From: Haplodiscus bocki
Lineage: Eukaryota
Assembly (NCBI GenBank): GCA_965655095.1
Contig: OZ296649.1
Span: 6,944,001-7,008,000, forward strand
Reading direction: 5' to 3'
Length of the DNA: 64,000 bases
The notes under the pieces are model-generated. The model was not told the DNA's origin. It did no database searches and saw only the letters and a list, made by a program, of their open reading frames with translations. Below, one piece after another: positions 1 through 15,400 of this stretch (positions are counted from its first letter, which is position 1; each line of letters begins with the position of its first letter). Both the position numbers and the translations under genes were made by a program.

Positions 1-1129
1 AATGACATAAGATCATTAAACATGAATTTGAAAAATGTCTGAACGGATTATGATCTAGTATTTTCAATAAAGGTCGCCAAAAATTTGAACGGTTCACCGA
101 TACTCACCTGTCACCAGCAGTAACTTTTTGTTGCTTGGAATCTTTTCTTTTAATCCCCCCCCCTCCCACCCTCACACACCATAAAAGAAATGCAAAATGG
201 GTTAAGTTTTGAGCTTCAACTGTGGGGGGGGGGGGGTGGTTAAATTTCGAGCTTCTACTTTGGGGAGGGGGGAATTAACAGAAAAAATCCGTTGCTTGTA
301 GCACCTACGCCTACGCTGACTCAAGTCAAATAGAACAAATTTGCTGTACAACATTCAACTTCTGCGCTTAGTGTGAGAATCGTATCAATTTTTTGCTTTC
401 TGGTCTTATGTCATTTGGGCATCCACCGTTAGCCACCTCTAACTCAGTTTCAATAGTGTTCAAGTTTACTTGGCTACAGTTTATTGTCGTATACTAATTT
501 TTTCGTACGACGTAGTTATTTAGCTGAACTGTCTTACATTACATCGTATGAGCGTATAACGAAAATTTCTTTTAAAATTGTTAATCCTGTTTAAATTGGC
601 ATGTTCGGACTCACTTAATAATGACCAATATGGTTAACCAATTTGCAAAGATCTCATTGAGATGTTGATACGGTAAAGAAATAAATCAATATAGGATCTA
701 GAAATTGTTTGAATTCGAAAGGGGTTCTTGAATTTCCGGCGCAAAATCAGACAAACTACTTGATCTTGACCAATTTTTTTCCGTAAGAGTTATACTATTC
801 AACAAATTTCGTATAAAGCTTGTGTATTTCAGATTGTCTTGTAATCGTATATCATATCAGCAGAATTTCGTATTTTTTTTCGTATAAAGTGTCAAATACA
901 CTGCTTGGCTGACGAAGGAAACGAGAAGTTGACATCCTTGTTCTGACAATGTTTGAACCAAACTTTTTGCCGTACTGTAGTTAGTGGCCAATATATTTGA
1001 ACAAAATTGATGAAGGCGGTGGTTTGGGCTTTAGCCTTGCTCATTTTGCAACTATCAAGAACCGCAATGCACTATTTTCAACGAACAGTTTAGTTAGTAA
1101 TTTAGCCGCCGCGAAAACATCAAAAACAA

Positions 1130-1570
1130 GACACCCGGCTACCACCGATTTTCTTTTGTCGAAAGTTGAACGCGTTATTTTTGGAACAAAACTTCAAATT
1201 TTCTAGACTTCGAAATTTGAAATTTTTCTGATTTTCTGCAAAATCTCGGTTTAAATGGAAAGAAGAGTTAGAAATTAATATCATTTGATACGCATTCTAC
1301 AGCAAATTTGCCACTTTTACCGATTGTGAAAAAATTCAAGTGTTTCAAAAAACCCATTTTTCAAAAATACCCAAATAGCGTACGTACTTGAGAAATCTTT
1401 CTATTTCGGTTGCATTCTACGGCAAATTTGCTCAAATTTGGTGATAAAAAATCACATTCAGGATATTCGAACATTTTCAATCGGCTAGTATGCGTGAAAG
1501 AAACTCACGGGTTGAGTGGATGATTTTCCTTCCGTATTTAAATATGGCCAGAAAATAACAAACATTTTTA
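1130..1570. repeat. Dispersed repeat copy (family shared with 45810-46215)
   Basis: Collinear shared blocks with 45810-46215: ccggctaccacc; catttgatacgcattctacagcaaat; gttgcattctacg.caaat.tgct; tggatgattttcct...aaatatgg. Boundaries approximate. Confidence 0.7.
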
Positions 1571-3329
1571 TAATGCACCAAAACCCAATGTATAACCACG
1601 TTTGAAAAATGCACATCTCGTAAGTTTCCGCACAAAATTTGTCTGAGTGGAAGCAAGTTTCCGTCAATTCCTTTTAGCTTCTTGGAAGAGTTATGGTAGT
1701 TGGGTCGCAATGGTACCAACATTTTCTTTCAACCAGGAAACCTCCCTGGCGTCAATTCATCAGTTAAATAAAGTCGCGGTTGACTTAACAAGTTTAATAT
1801 TTTTATTATTTAAAATTATAACTTAATTATAAATTAAGTAATACATTATTTCGGGATTGCTTTTCAAGCTATTCCGGAGGAAGAGATAGAACAGAAGGGT
1901 GGTTGTAAAGTTGACTGTAAGCAAACTTATTGATGTTGGCATACTAGACTACCTTATGGTTATCTAACTCTTCGGTGTGTCATTAAAACTTCATTTTTGA
2001 AGGGAATCGTAAAATTCCAGGTAGCATCGGATTTTCGCATCAGAAGAGGTAATTCTGAAAACTCATCCTCAGAACAAGTAAAGTAATGAATATATACTAA
2101 AGGATTCAAACTACAAGAAAAAATAAAAATCAGTCCAAAAAATACGTCGTCTGGAAATATTAGCTTCAAAAGCACATTCCATTTAAATATTTTTGATCTA
2201 TACAACTAGTAAAAGTAATGTACGTTCTTGAAATGATGGCAAAAAGTATTAAAATAACTCATCTTTTCAAGCAATCAGACTAATGAATATTTTCTGTTAA
2301 CTGATACCGATGCTTGAGGTGGGCCTGCAGACTGTATAAGGAATATTTTCTATTACTTACACTGATACATCACCTGTTTCAAATATGTAAGATGTGTCTT
2401 CAGCCTTAATTTGATGGTTTGGAGTTATTCTAATGGTTTTGGCCTATAATTCAAGAACGTACTCTACATTTAAAATGACTGCTTCCGATGAAATGAATTG
2501 ATAAGCAGATAAAAAAATAATCGACAGAGAAATCGCATAAGGCTCATGGACGAAATAAAGAAATTCCAATAGAAGCCTTTAAACAAAATGGTGTTGCCAT
2601 GATGTTTGTCAAAGGACCTGTCCGTAATTCCGTAATGATGAAGAATTTTTACTACAAGCACTTGAACAAAATGGGTTCGCTATAAATTTTGCAAATGATA
2701 GAATCAGGAAAGTGTAGAATTCGGAATAGAAGCAATTAAACAAAATGAAATTCTTCTAAGATATGCTATTCCATCTACTGCAAAGTTTTTGAGCCGATTC
2801 GAGTCATTGCTGTCTTTAATCTTAATTGATATCCTTCTTCGAATATACTAAAAATTTATCATACCCTACCTAATGAACACATGAAAAATAATAACTATTT
2901 TCATAAAAATGAGTTTGCTTGATAATAATTTAAATCATAAGTTTAATAACAATAAATCACAGAGACGAATTTGTAAAAAAAATAGCACAATCTTCATCAA
3001 GAAGTGATTTGAATATGTCTAGTTTATATCGGTTGTATATATCATTAAAACAATTCAATTAAGTAATAAATATCCCTGCGATAAATATAGGACAATTTTT
3101 TAAAATAAATGAGCAAGGATTAGCAAGTCATAAATTTTTTTGTATTCCGATGAAAATGTAAAGAATTAATTGGCAGTGCCCTCGAGTAAACATAAATGAC
3201 AGCCTCAAATGCAGGGATATCTAATGACAGCTATGAAACTCAATCAGAAATCGGACGAAATGTCTTATTTCAAACTTGATTATTTAAGGAAGCAAATGAA
3301 ACTTTTGAAGATATAGATGATGAAATGGA

Positions 3330-3338
3330 AATTGAAGA
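3330..3338. repeat. Candidate target-site duplication (left) of the LINE, AATTGAAGA
   Basis: Abuts the microsatellite tail; the identical 9-mer at 26509-26517 lies just beyond the truncated 5' end. Confidence 0.55.
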
Positions 3339-3375
3339 ATGAATGAACGAATGAATGAATGAATGAATGAATGAA
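3339..3375 (-). repeat. (ATTC)n microsatellite 3' tail of the LINE
   Basis: About nine gaat units on + strand, ~45 bp past the ORF2 stop on the - strand. Confidence 0.9.
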
Positions 3376-3430
3376 AAATTTGAATTATTTTTTGTTGCCC
3401 GAAGGCGTACAAATAACAACTTAGAAATTA

Positions 3431-6400
3431 ACATCAATATCAGTACTAGAGCACCGAGTAACAATATAATGCAAGAATAAAGCAAGATTTTTCAATAAAC
3501 TTCCATCAGTTACATTCATCAGCTGGTCATACTTGATGTCGTTAGGGTAAGTATAGTAGTATTTAGGCAGCAGTTCTTTCCGCTTTTCAATGAAACTCTC
3601 AAACTTCAATGACAAATGATACTCATCCGGTGTACATCGGGTCTCAGAAGGGACAAGAATCGACTAGAGAAATTAGCAATTTCAATTCAACAGTCGGTAA
3701 AGCAGTTGAAGCACACCTAAAGTTTGCTCTGTCTGATCCTAACAGAGTTTCCAAATAGGGTTCAGTTTCGGTTGATTTTTATATAGACGATGGTTATCGC
3801 ACACAGAGTTGGTTTGAAGCATAGTCTGCCATGACTGAATTGATAAATCTTGACATTTTGTTTTCATGAAATTTTTGAACTCAGAATCGGATACTAAACA
3901 AGCGTATTCTTCTGCCATCAGAATTCCACAACTTATCAAAGTCTGTTTAATTGCTAAATGCCATAGTGTGACTTTATTTTTATAATTTAACCTATGAAAA
4001 ACAATACATGAAAGCTTATCATTTGATTTAATGAGTTTTTTTCCAAAAACTTTTTCGTTTCCACACAGTAAACATAATTTCATGACGGCCGAATTCTGTG
4101 TACACCATAGCTTTGGGCGCGCTTCTACGTATTTTTGGCATCCCTCTCAAAAAATTTTATGAAAAAATTTCCATGTTCTCGTAACCCCAAAGTTTACATC
4201 CATACAACAGAATTGGTAATTTTGGGTTGTCACACAGACGGAGCCTGGTTTTCACTTGAAGATACACTCTACTCAAAAGAATTTCGATTTTGAAGAGAGC
4301 CTTTTCACCTTATCAATGTTTTGCTTCATCGCGGCCTGAAAAGTGTATTCATGTCTAAAAACAAAACCTAGGTCTCAAATTGTGTCCACTCAATCAATTG
4401 TTTGGCCATGAGCAGTGACTGTATGACATTTCCGAAGTCTACATCGTGGAAAGATCATGTACTCAGTTTTATTAATATTAATACACACCAATATCAGTAT
4501 TAGAGCACCGATTGACATTATGATGGAAGAAAAAACAAGATTTTTGAATATAATTTTATCAGTTACATTCATCAGCTGGTCATACTTGATGTCGTTAGGG
4601 TAATATAGTAGTATTTAGGCAGCAGTTCTTTCCGCTTTTCAATGAAACTCTCACACTTCAATGACAAATGATACTCATGCGGTGTACATCGGGTCTCACA
4701 GAAGGGGCAAGACTCGACTAGAGAATTTAGCAATTTTAATTTAGCAGTCGGTAAAACAGTTGAAGCACACCTTAAGTTTGCTGTATTTGCTCTGTCTGAT
4801 CCTAACAGAGTTTCCAAATAGGGTTCAGTTTCAGGTCGATTTTTATATAGACGATAGTTATCGCACACAGAGTTGGTTTGAAGCATAGCCTGCCATGACT
4901 GAATTGATAAATCTTGACATTTTGTTTTCATGAAATTATTGAACTCAGAATCGGATACTAAAACAGCGTATTTTTCTGCCATCAGAATTCCACAACTTAT
5001 CAAAGTCTGTTTAATGGCTAAATGCCATAGTGTGACTTTATTTTTATAATTTAACCTATGAAAAACAATACATGAAAGCTTATCATTTGATTTAATGAGT
5101 TTTTCCAAACACCTATTCGTTTACATACAGTGAACCTAGTTTCATGGCGGCCCAATTCTCCGTACACCATAACCTTGGGCAAGCTTCTACGTATTTTCAG
5201 CATCCGTCTCAAAAAATTTATGTGAAGATATTTGTTCCATGTGCTCATAACCCCAAAGTTCACATCCATTCAACAGAATTGGTAATAATAGGTTGTCACA
5301 GAGATGGATCCTGGTTTTCACTTGAAGATTCACTCTACTCAAAAGAAATTCGATTTTGAACAGAGCTTTTTTCGCCTTATCAATATTTTGCTTCATCGCG
5401 GCCTGAAAAGTGTTATTATGTCTAAAAACAAAAGCTAAGTCGCAAATTGTGTCCACTCGCTCAATTGTTTGCCCATGAGCAGTGATTGTACGACATTTCC
5501 GAATTTCACCTCGTGGAATTATCATGTACTCAGTTTTATTAATTTTAATACACATCATTATCAGTACTAGAGCACCGAGTGACAATATGATGCAAGAAAA
5601 AAGCAAGATTTTTCGATATAATTTTATCAGTTACATTCATTAGCTGGTCATACTTGATGTCGTTAGGGTAATATAGTAGTATTTAGGCAGCAGTTCTTTC
5701 CGCTTTTCAATGAAACTCTCACACTTCAATGACAAATGATACTCATGCGGTGTACATCGGGTCTCACAGAAGGGGCAAGACTCGACTAGAGAATTTAGCA
5801 ATTTTAATTTAGCAGTCGGTAAAGCAGTTGAAGCACACCTTAAGTTTGCTGTATTTGCTCTGTCTGATCCTAACAGAGTTTCCAAATAGGGTTCAGTTTC
5901 AGGTCGATTTTTATATAGACGATGGTTATCGCACACAGAGTTGGTTTGAAGCATAGTCTGCCATGACTGAATTGATAAATCTTGACATTTTGTTTTCATG
6001 AAATTATTGAACTCAGAATCGGATACTAAAACAGCGTATTTTTCTGCCATCAGAATTCCACAACTTATCAAAGTCTGTTTAATTGCTAAATGCCATAGTG
6101 TGACTTTATTTTTATAATTTAACCTATGAAAAACAATACATGAAAGCTTATCATTTGATTTAATGAGTTTTTCCAAACACCTATTCGTTTACATACAGTG
6201 AACCTAGTTTCATGACGGCCCAATTCTCCGTACACCATAACCTTGGGCGCGCTTCTACGTATTTTCAGCATCCGTCTCAAAAAATTTATGTGAAGATATT
6301 TGTTCCATGTGCTCATAACCCCAAAGTTCACATCCATTCAACAGAATTGGTAATAATAGGTTGTCACAGAGATGGATCCTGGTTTTCACTTGAAGATTCA

Positions 6401-9400
6401 CTCTACTCAAAAGAAATTCGATTTTGAACAGAGCTTTTTTCGCCTTATCAATATTTTGCTTCATCGCGGCCTGAAAAGTGTTATTATGTCTAAAAACAAA
6501 AGCTAAGTCGCAAATTGTGTCCACTCGCTCAATTGTTTGCCCATGAGCAGTGATTGTACGACATTTCCGAATTTCACCTCGTGGAATTATCATGTACTCA
6601 GTTTTATTATTTTTAATACACATCATTATCAGTACTAGAGCACCGAGTGACAATATGATGCAAGAAAAAAGCAAGATTTTTCGATATAATTTTATCAGTT
6701 ACATTCATTAGCTGGTCATACTTGATGTCGTTAGGGTAATATAGTAGTATTTAGGCAGCAGTTCTTTCCGCTTTTCAATGAAACTCTCACACTTCAATGA
6801 CAAATGATACTCATGCGGTGTACATCGGGTCTCACAGAAGGGGCAAGACTCGACTAGAGAATTTAGCAATTTTAATTTAGCAGTCGGTAAAGCAGTTGAA
6901 GCACACCTTAAGTTTGCTGTATTTGCTCTGTCTGATCCTAACAGAGTTTCCAAATAGGGTTCAGTTTCAGGTCGATTTTTATATAGACGATGGTTATCGC
7001 ACACAGAGTTGGTTTGAAGCATAGTCTGCCATGACTGAATTGATAAATCTTGACATTTTGTTTTCATGAAATTATTGAACTCAGAATCGGATACTAAAAC
7101 AGCGTATTTTTCTGCCATCAGAATTCCACAACTTATCAAAGTCTGTTTAATTGCTAAATGCCATAGTGTGACTTTATTTTTATAATTTAACCTATGAAAA
7201 ACAATACATGAAAGCTTATCATTTGATTTAATGAGTTTTTCCAAACACCTATTCGTTTACATACAGTGAACCTAGTTTCATGACGGCCCAATTCTCCGTA
7301 CACCATAACCTTGGGCGCGCTTCTACGTATTTTCAGCATCCGTCTCAAAAAATTTATGTGAAGATATTTGTTCCATGTGCTCATAACCCCAAAGTTCACA
7401 TCCATTCAACAGAATTGGTAATAATAGGTTGTCACAGAGATGGATCCTGGTTTTCACTTGAAGATTCACTCTACTCAAAAGAAATTCGATTTTGAACAGA
7501 GCTTTTTTCGCCTTATCAATATTTTGCTTCATCGCGGCCTGAAAAGTGTTATTATGTCTAAAAACAAAGGCTAAGTCGCAAATTGTGTCCACTCGCTCAA
7601 TTGTTTGCCCATGAGCAGTGATTGTACGACATTTCCGAATTTCACCTCGTGGAATTATCATGTACTCAGTTTTATTAATTTTAATACACATCATTATCAG
7701 TACTAGAGCACCGAGTGACAATATGATGCAAGAAAAAAGCAAGATTTTTCGATATAATTTTATCAGTTACATTCAATAGCTGGTCATACTTGATGTCGTT
7801 AGGGTAAGTATAGTATTTAGGCAGCAGTTCTTTCCGCTTTCCAATGAAACTTTCACACTTCAATGACAAATGATACTCATGCGGTGTACATCGGGTCTCA
7901 CAGAAGGGGCAAGACTCGACTAGAGAATTTAGCAATTTTAATTTAGCAGTCGGTAAAGCAGTTGAAGCACACCTTAAGTTTGCTGTATTTGCTCTGTCTG
8001 ATCCTAACAGAGTTTCCAAATAGGGTTCAGTGTCAGGTCGATTTTTATATAGACGATAGTTATCGCACACAGAGTTGGTTTGAAGCATAGTCTGCCATGA
8101 CTGAATTGATAAATCTTGACATTTTGTTTTCATGAATTTATTGAGCTCAGAATCGGATACTAAAACAGCGTATTCTTCTGCCATCAGAATTCCACAACTT
8201 ATCAAAATCTGTTTAATTGCTAAATGCCATAGTGTGACTTTATTTTTATAATTTAACCTATGAAAAACAATACATGAAAGCTTATCATTTGATTTAATGA
8301 GTTTTTTCCAAACAGCTATTCGTTTCCATACAGTAATTCTAATGTCATGGCGGCCCAATTCTCCGTACACCATAACCTTGGGCGCGCTTCTACGTATTTT
8401 CAGCATCCGTCTCAAAAAATTTATGTGAAAATATTTGTTCCATGTGCTCATAACCCCAAAGTTCACATCCATTCAACAGAATTGGTAATAATAGGTTGTC
8501 ACAGAGATGGATCCTGGTTTTCACTTGAAGATTCACTCTACTCAAAAGAAGTTCGATTTTGAACAGAGCTTTTTTCGCCTTATCAATATTTTGCTTCATC
8601 GCGGCCTGAAAAGTGTTATTATGTCTAAAAACAAAAGCTAGGTCACAAATTGTGTCCACTCGCTCAATTGTTTGCCCATGAGCAGTGATTGTACGACATT
8701 TCCGAATTTCACCTCGTGGAATTATCATGTACTCAGTTTTATTAATTTTAGTACACATCATTATCAGTACTAGAGCACCGAGTGACAATATGATGCAAGA
8801 AAAAAGCAAGATTTTTCGATATAATTTTATCAGTTACATTCATTAGCTGGTCATACTTGATGTCGTTAGGGTAAGTATAGTTTTTAGGCAGCAGTTCTTT
8901 CCGCTTGCCAATGAAACTCTCACACTTCAATGACAAATGATACTCATGCGGTGTACATCGGGTCTCACAGAAGGGGCAAGACTCGACTAGAGAATTTAGC
9001 AATTTTAATTTAGCAGTCGGTAAAGCAGTTGAAGCACACCTTAAGTTTGCTGTATTTGCTCTGTCTGATCCTAACAGAGTTTCCAGATAGGGTTCAGTTT
9101 CAGGTCGATTTTTATATAGACGATAGTTATCGCACGCAGAGTTGGTTTGAAGCATAGTCTGCCATGACTGAATTGATAAATCTTGACATTTTGTTTTCAT
9201 GAAATTATTGAACTCAGAATCGGATACTAAAAAAGCGTATTCTTCTGCCATCAGAATTCCACAACTTATCAAAGTCTGTTTAATTGCTAAATGCCATAGT
9301 GTGACTTTATTTTTATAATTTAACCTATGAAAAACAATACATGAAAGCTTATCATTTGATTTAATGAGTTTTTTCCAAACACCTATTCGTTTCCATACAG

Positions 9401-12400
9401 TAATTCTAATTTCATGGCGGCCCAATTCTCCGTACACCATAACCTTGGGCGCGCTTCTACGTATTTTCAGCATCCGTCTCAAAAAATTTATGTGAAAATA
9501 TTTGTTCCATGTGCTCATAACCCCAAAGTTCACATCCATTCAACAGAATTGGTAATAATAGGTTGTCACAGAGATGGATCCTGGTTTTCACTTGAAGATT
9601 CACTCTACTCAAAAGAAGTTCGATTTTGAACAGAGCTTTTTTCGCCTTATCAATATTTTGCTTCATCGCGGCCTGAAAAGTGTTATTATGTCTAAAAACA
9701 AAAGCTAGGTCACAAATTGTGTCCACTCGCTCAATTGTTTGCCCTTGAGCAGTGATTGTACGATATTTCCGAATTTCACCTTGTGGAATTATCATGTACT
9801 CAGTTTTATTATTTTTAATACACATCATTATCAGTACTAGAGCACCGAGTGACAATATGATGCAAGAAAAAAGCAAGATTTTTCGATATAATTTTATCAG
9901 TTACATTCATTAGCTGGTCATACTTGATGTCGTTAGGGTAAGTATAGTTTTTAGGCAGCAGTTCTTTCCGCTTGCCAATGAAACTCTCACACTTCAATGA
10001 CAAATGATACTCATGCGGTGTACATCGGGTCTCACAGAAGGGGCAAGACTCGACTAGAGAATTTAGCAATTTTAATTTAGCAGTCGGTAAAGCAGTTGAA
10101 GCACACCTTAAGTTTGCTGTATTTGCTCTGTCTGATCCTAACAGAGTTTCCAGATAGGGTTCAGTTTCAGGTCGATTTTTATATAGACGATAGTTATCGC
10201 ACGCAGAGTTGGTTTGAAGCATAGTCTGCCATGACTGAATTGATAAATCTTGACATTTTGTTTTCATGAAATTATTGAACTCAGAATCGGATACTAAAAA
10301 AGCGTATTCTTCTGCCATCAGAATTCCACAACTTATCAAAGTCTGTTTAATTGCTAAATGCCATAGTGTGACTTTATTTTTATAATTTAACCTATGAAAA
10401 ACAATACATGAAAGCTTATCATTTGATTTAATGAGTTTTTTCCAAACACCTATTCGTTTCCATACAGTAATTCTAATTTCATGGCGGCCCAATTCTCCGT
10501 ACACCATAACCTTGGGCGCGCTTCTACGTATTTTCAGCATCCGTCTCAAAAAATTTATGTGAAAATATTTGTTCCATGTGCTCATAACCCCAAAGTTCAC
10601 ATCCATTCAACAGAATTGGTAATAATAGGTTGTCACAGAGATGGATCCTGGTTTTCACTTGAAGATTCACTCTACTCAAAAGAAGTTCGATTTTGAACAG
10701 AGCTTTTTTCGCCTTATCAATATTTTGCTTCATCGCGGCCTGAAAAGTGTTATTATGTCTAAAAACAAAAGCTAGGTCACAAATTGTGTCCACTCGCTCA
10801 ATTGTTTGCCCTTGAGCAGTGATTGTACGATATTTCCGAATTTCACCTTGTGGAATTATCATGTACTCAGTTTTATTATTTTTAATACACATCATTATCA
10901 GTACTAGAGCACCGAGTGACAATATGATGCAAGAAAAAAGCAAGATTTTTCGATATAATTTTATCAGTTACATTCATTAGCTGGTCATACTTGATGTCGT
11001 TAGGGTAAGTATAGTTTTTAGGCAGCAGTTCTTTCCGCTTTCCAATGAAACTCTCACACTTCAATGACAAATGATACTCATGCGGTGTACATCGGGTCTC
11101 ACAGAAGGGGCAAGACTCGACTAGAGAATTTAGCAATTTTAATTTAGCAGTCGGTAAAGCAGTTGAAGCACACCTTAAGTTTGCTGTATTTGCTCTGTCT
11201 GATCCTAACAGAGTTTCCAAATAGGGTTCAGTTTCAGGTCGATTTTTATATAGACGATAGTTATCGCACACAGAGTTGGTTTGAAGCATAGCCTGCCATG
11301 ACTGAATTGATAAATCTTGACATTTTGTTTTCATGAAATTATTGAACTCAGAATCGGATACTAAAACAGCGTATTTTTCTGCCATCAATTCCACAACTTA
11401 TCAAAGTCTGTTTAAATGCTAAATGCCATAGTGTGACTTTATTTTTATAATTTAACCTATGAAAAACAATACATGAAAGCTTATCCTTTGATTTAATGAG
11501 TTTTTTCCAAACACCTATTCGTTTCCATACAGTAAACCTAGTTTCATGGCGGCCCAATTCTCCGTACACCATAACCTTGGGCGCGCTTCTACGTATTTTC
11601 AGCATCCGTCTCAAAAAATTTATGTGGAAATATTTGTTCCATGTGCTCATAACCCCAAAGTTCACATCCATTCAACAGAATTGGTAATAATAGGTTGTCA
11701 CAGAGATGGATCCTGGTTTTCACTTGAAGATTCACTCTACTCAAAAGAAATTCGATTTTGAACAGAGCTTTTTTCGCCTTATCAATATTTTGCTTCATCG
11801 CGGCCTGAAAAGTGTTTTTATGTCTAAAAACAAAAGCTAGGTCACAAGTTGTGTCCACTCGCTCAATTGTTTGCCCATGAGCAGCGATTGTACGACATTT
11901 CCGAATTTCACCTCGTGGAATTATCATGTAGGCAGTTTTATTAATTTTAATATACATCATTATCAGTACTAGAGCACCGAGTGACAATATGATGCAAGAA
12001 AAAAGCAAGATTTTTCGATATAATTTTATCAGTTACATTCATTAGCTGGTCATACTTGATGTCATTAGGGTAAGTATAGTATTTAGGCAGCAGTTCTTTG
12101 CGCTTTCCAATGAAACTCTCACACTTCAATGACAAATGATACTCATGCGGTGTACATCGGGTCTCACAGAAGGGGCAAGACTCGACTAGAGAATTTAGCA
12201 ATTTTAATTTAGCAGTCGGTAAAGCAGTTGAAGCACACCTTAAGTTTGCTGTATTTGCTCTGTCTGATCCTAACAGAGTTTCCAAATAGGGTTCAGTTTC
12301 AGGTCGGTTTTTATGTAGACGATAGTTATCGCACACAGAGTTGGTTTGAAGCATAGTCTGCCATGACTGAATTGATAAATCTTGACATTTTGTTTTCATG

Positions 12401-15400
12401 AAATTATTGAACTCAGAATCGGATACTAAAACAGCGTATTCTTCTGCCATCAGAATTCCACAACTTATCAAAGTCTGTTTAAATGCTAAATGCCATAGTG
12501 TGACTTTATTTTTATAATTTAACCTATGAAAAACAATACATGAAAGCTTATCCTTTGATTTAATGAGTTTTTTCCAAACACCTATTCGTTTCCATACAGT
12601 AAACCTAGTTTCATGGCGGCCCAATTCTCCGTACACCATAACCTTGGGCGCGCTTCTACGTATTTTCAGCATCCGTCTCAAAAAATTTATGTGGAAATAT
12701 TTGTTCCATGTGCTCATAACCCCAAAGTTCACATCCATTCAACAGAATTGGTAATAATAGGTTGTCACAGAGATGGATCCTGGTTTTCACTTGAAGATTC
12801 ACTCCACTCAAAAGAAATTCGATTTTGAACAGAGCTTTTTTCGCCTTATCAATATTTTGCTTCATCGCGGCCTGAAAAGTGTTTTTATGTCTAAAAACAA
12901 AAGCTAGGTCACAAGTTGTGTCCACTCGCTCAATTGTTTGCCCATGAGCAGCGATTGTACGACATTTCCGAATTTCACCTCGTGGAATTATCATGTAGGC
13001 AGTTTTATTAATTTTAATATACATCATTATCAGTACTAGAGCACCGAGTGACAATATGATGCAAGAAAAAAGCAAGATTTTTCGATATAATTTTATCAGT
13101 TACATTCATTAGCTGGTCATACTTGATGTCATTAGGGTAAGTATAGTATTTAGGCAGCAGTTCTTTGCGCTTTCCAATGAAACTCTCACACTTCAATGAC
13201 AAATGATACTCATGCGGTGTACATCGGGTCTCACAGAAGGGGCAAGACTCGACTAGAGAATTTAGCAATTTTAATTTAGCAGTCGGTAAAGCAGCTGAAG
13301 CACACCTTAAGTTTGCTGTATTTGCTCTGTCTGATCCTAACAGAGTTTCCAAATAGGGTTCAGTTTCAGGTCGGTTTTTATGTAGACGATAGTTATCGCA
13401 CACAGAGTTGGTTTGAAGCATAGTCTGCCATGACTGAATTGATAAATCTTGACATTTTGTTTTCATGAAATTATTGAACTCAGAATCGGATACTAAAACA
13501 GCGTATTCTTCTGCCATCAGAATTCCACAACTTATCAAAGTCTGTTTAAATGCTAAATGCCATAGTGTGACTTTATTTTTATAATTTAACCTATGAAAAA
13601 CAATACATGAAAGCTTATCATTTGATGTAATGAGTTTTTTCCAAACACCTATTCGTTTCCATACAGTAAACCTAGTTTCATGGCGGCCCAATTCTCCGTA
13701 CACCATAACCTTGCGCGCGCTTCTACGTATTTTCAGTATTCGTCTCAAAAAATTTATGTGAAAATATTTGTTCCATGTGCTCATAACCCCAAAGTTCACA
13801 TCCATTCAACAGAATTGGTAATAATAGGTTGTCACAGAGATGGATACTGGTTTTCACTTGAAGATTCACTCTACTCAAAAGAAATTCGATTTTGAACAGA
13901 GCTTTTTTCGCCTTATCAATATTTTGCTTCATCGCGGCCTGAAAAGTGTTATTATGTCTAAAAACAAAAGCTAGGTCACAAATTGTGTCCACTCGCTCAA
14001 TTGTTTGCCCATGAGCAGTGATTGTACGACATTTCCGAATTTCACCTCGTGGAATTATCATGTAGGCAGTTTTATTAATTTTAATATACATCATTATCAG
14101 TACTAGAGCACCGAGTGACAATATGATGCAAGAAAAAAGCAAGATTTTTCGATATAATTTTATCAATTACATTCATTAGCTGGTCATACTTGATGTCATT
14201 AGGGTAAGTATAGTATTTAGGCAGCAGTTCTTTGCGCTTTCCAATGAAACTCTCACACTTCAATGACAAATGATACTCATGCGGTGTACATCGGGTCTCA
14301 CAGAAGGGGCAAGACTCGACTAGAGAATTTAGCAATTTTAATTTAGCAGTCGGTAAAGCAGTTGAAGCACACCTTAAGTTTGCTGTATTTGCTCTGTCTG
14401 ATCCTAACAGAGTTTCCAAATAGGGTTCAGTTTCAGGTCGGTTTTTATGTAGACGATAGTTATCGCACACAGAGTTGGTTTGAAGCATAGTCTGCCATGA
14501 CTGAATTGATAAATCTTGACATTTTGTTTTCATGAAATTATTGAACTCAGAATCGGATACTAAAACAGCGTATTCTTCTGCCATCAGAATTCCACAACTT
14601 ATCAAAGTCTGTTTAAATGCTAAATGCCATAGTGTGACTTTATTTTTATAATTTAACCTATGAAAAACAATACATGAAAGCTTATCATTTGATGTAATGA
14701 GTTTTTTCCAAACACCTATTCGTTTCCATACAGTAAACCTAGTTTCATGGCGGCCCAATTCTCCGTACACCATAACCTTGGGCGCGCTTCTACGTATTTT
14801 CAGTATTCGTCTCAAAAAATTTATGTGAAAATATTTGTTCCATGTGCTCATAACCCCAAAGTTCACATCCATTCAACAGAATTGGTAATAATAGGTTGTC
14901 ACAGAGATGGATACTGGTTTTCACTTGAAGATTCACTCTACTCAAAAGAAATTCGATTTTGAACAGAGCTTTTTTCGCCTTATCAATATTTTGCTTCATC
15001 GCGGCCTGAAAAGTGTTATTATGTCTAAAAACAAAAGCTAGGTCACAAATTGTGTCCACTCGCTCAATTGTTTGCCCATGAGCAGTGATTGTACGACATT
15101 TCCGAATTTCACCTCGTGGAATTATCATGTACTCAGTTTTTTTAATTTTAATACACATCATTATCAGTACTAGAGCACCGAGTGACAATATGATGCAAGA
15201 AAAAAGCAAGATTTTTCGATATAATTTTATCAGTTACATTCATTAGCTGGTCCTACTTGATGTCGTTAGGGTAAGTATAGTATTTAGGCAGCAGTTCTTT
15301 CCGCTTTTCTATGAAACTCTCACACTTCAATGACAAATGATACTCATGCGGTGTACATCGGGTCTCACAGAAGGGGCAAGACTCGACTAGAGAATTTAGC

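Noticed and set aside
155-275. C- and G-runs with a short direct repeat (possible G-quadruplex)
   Set aside because: Simple low-complexity sequence with no supporting context.
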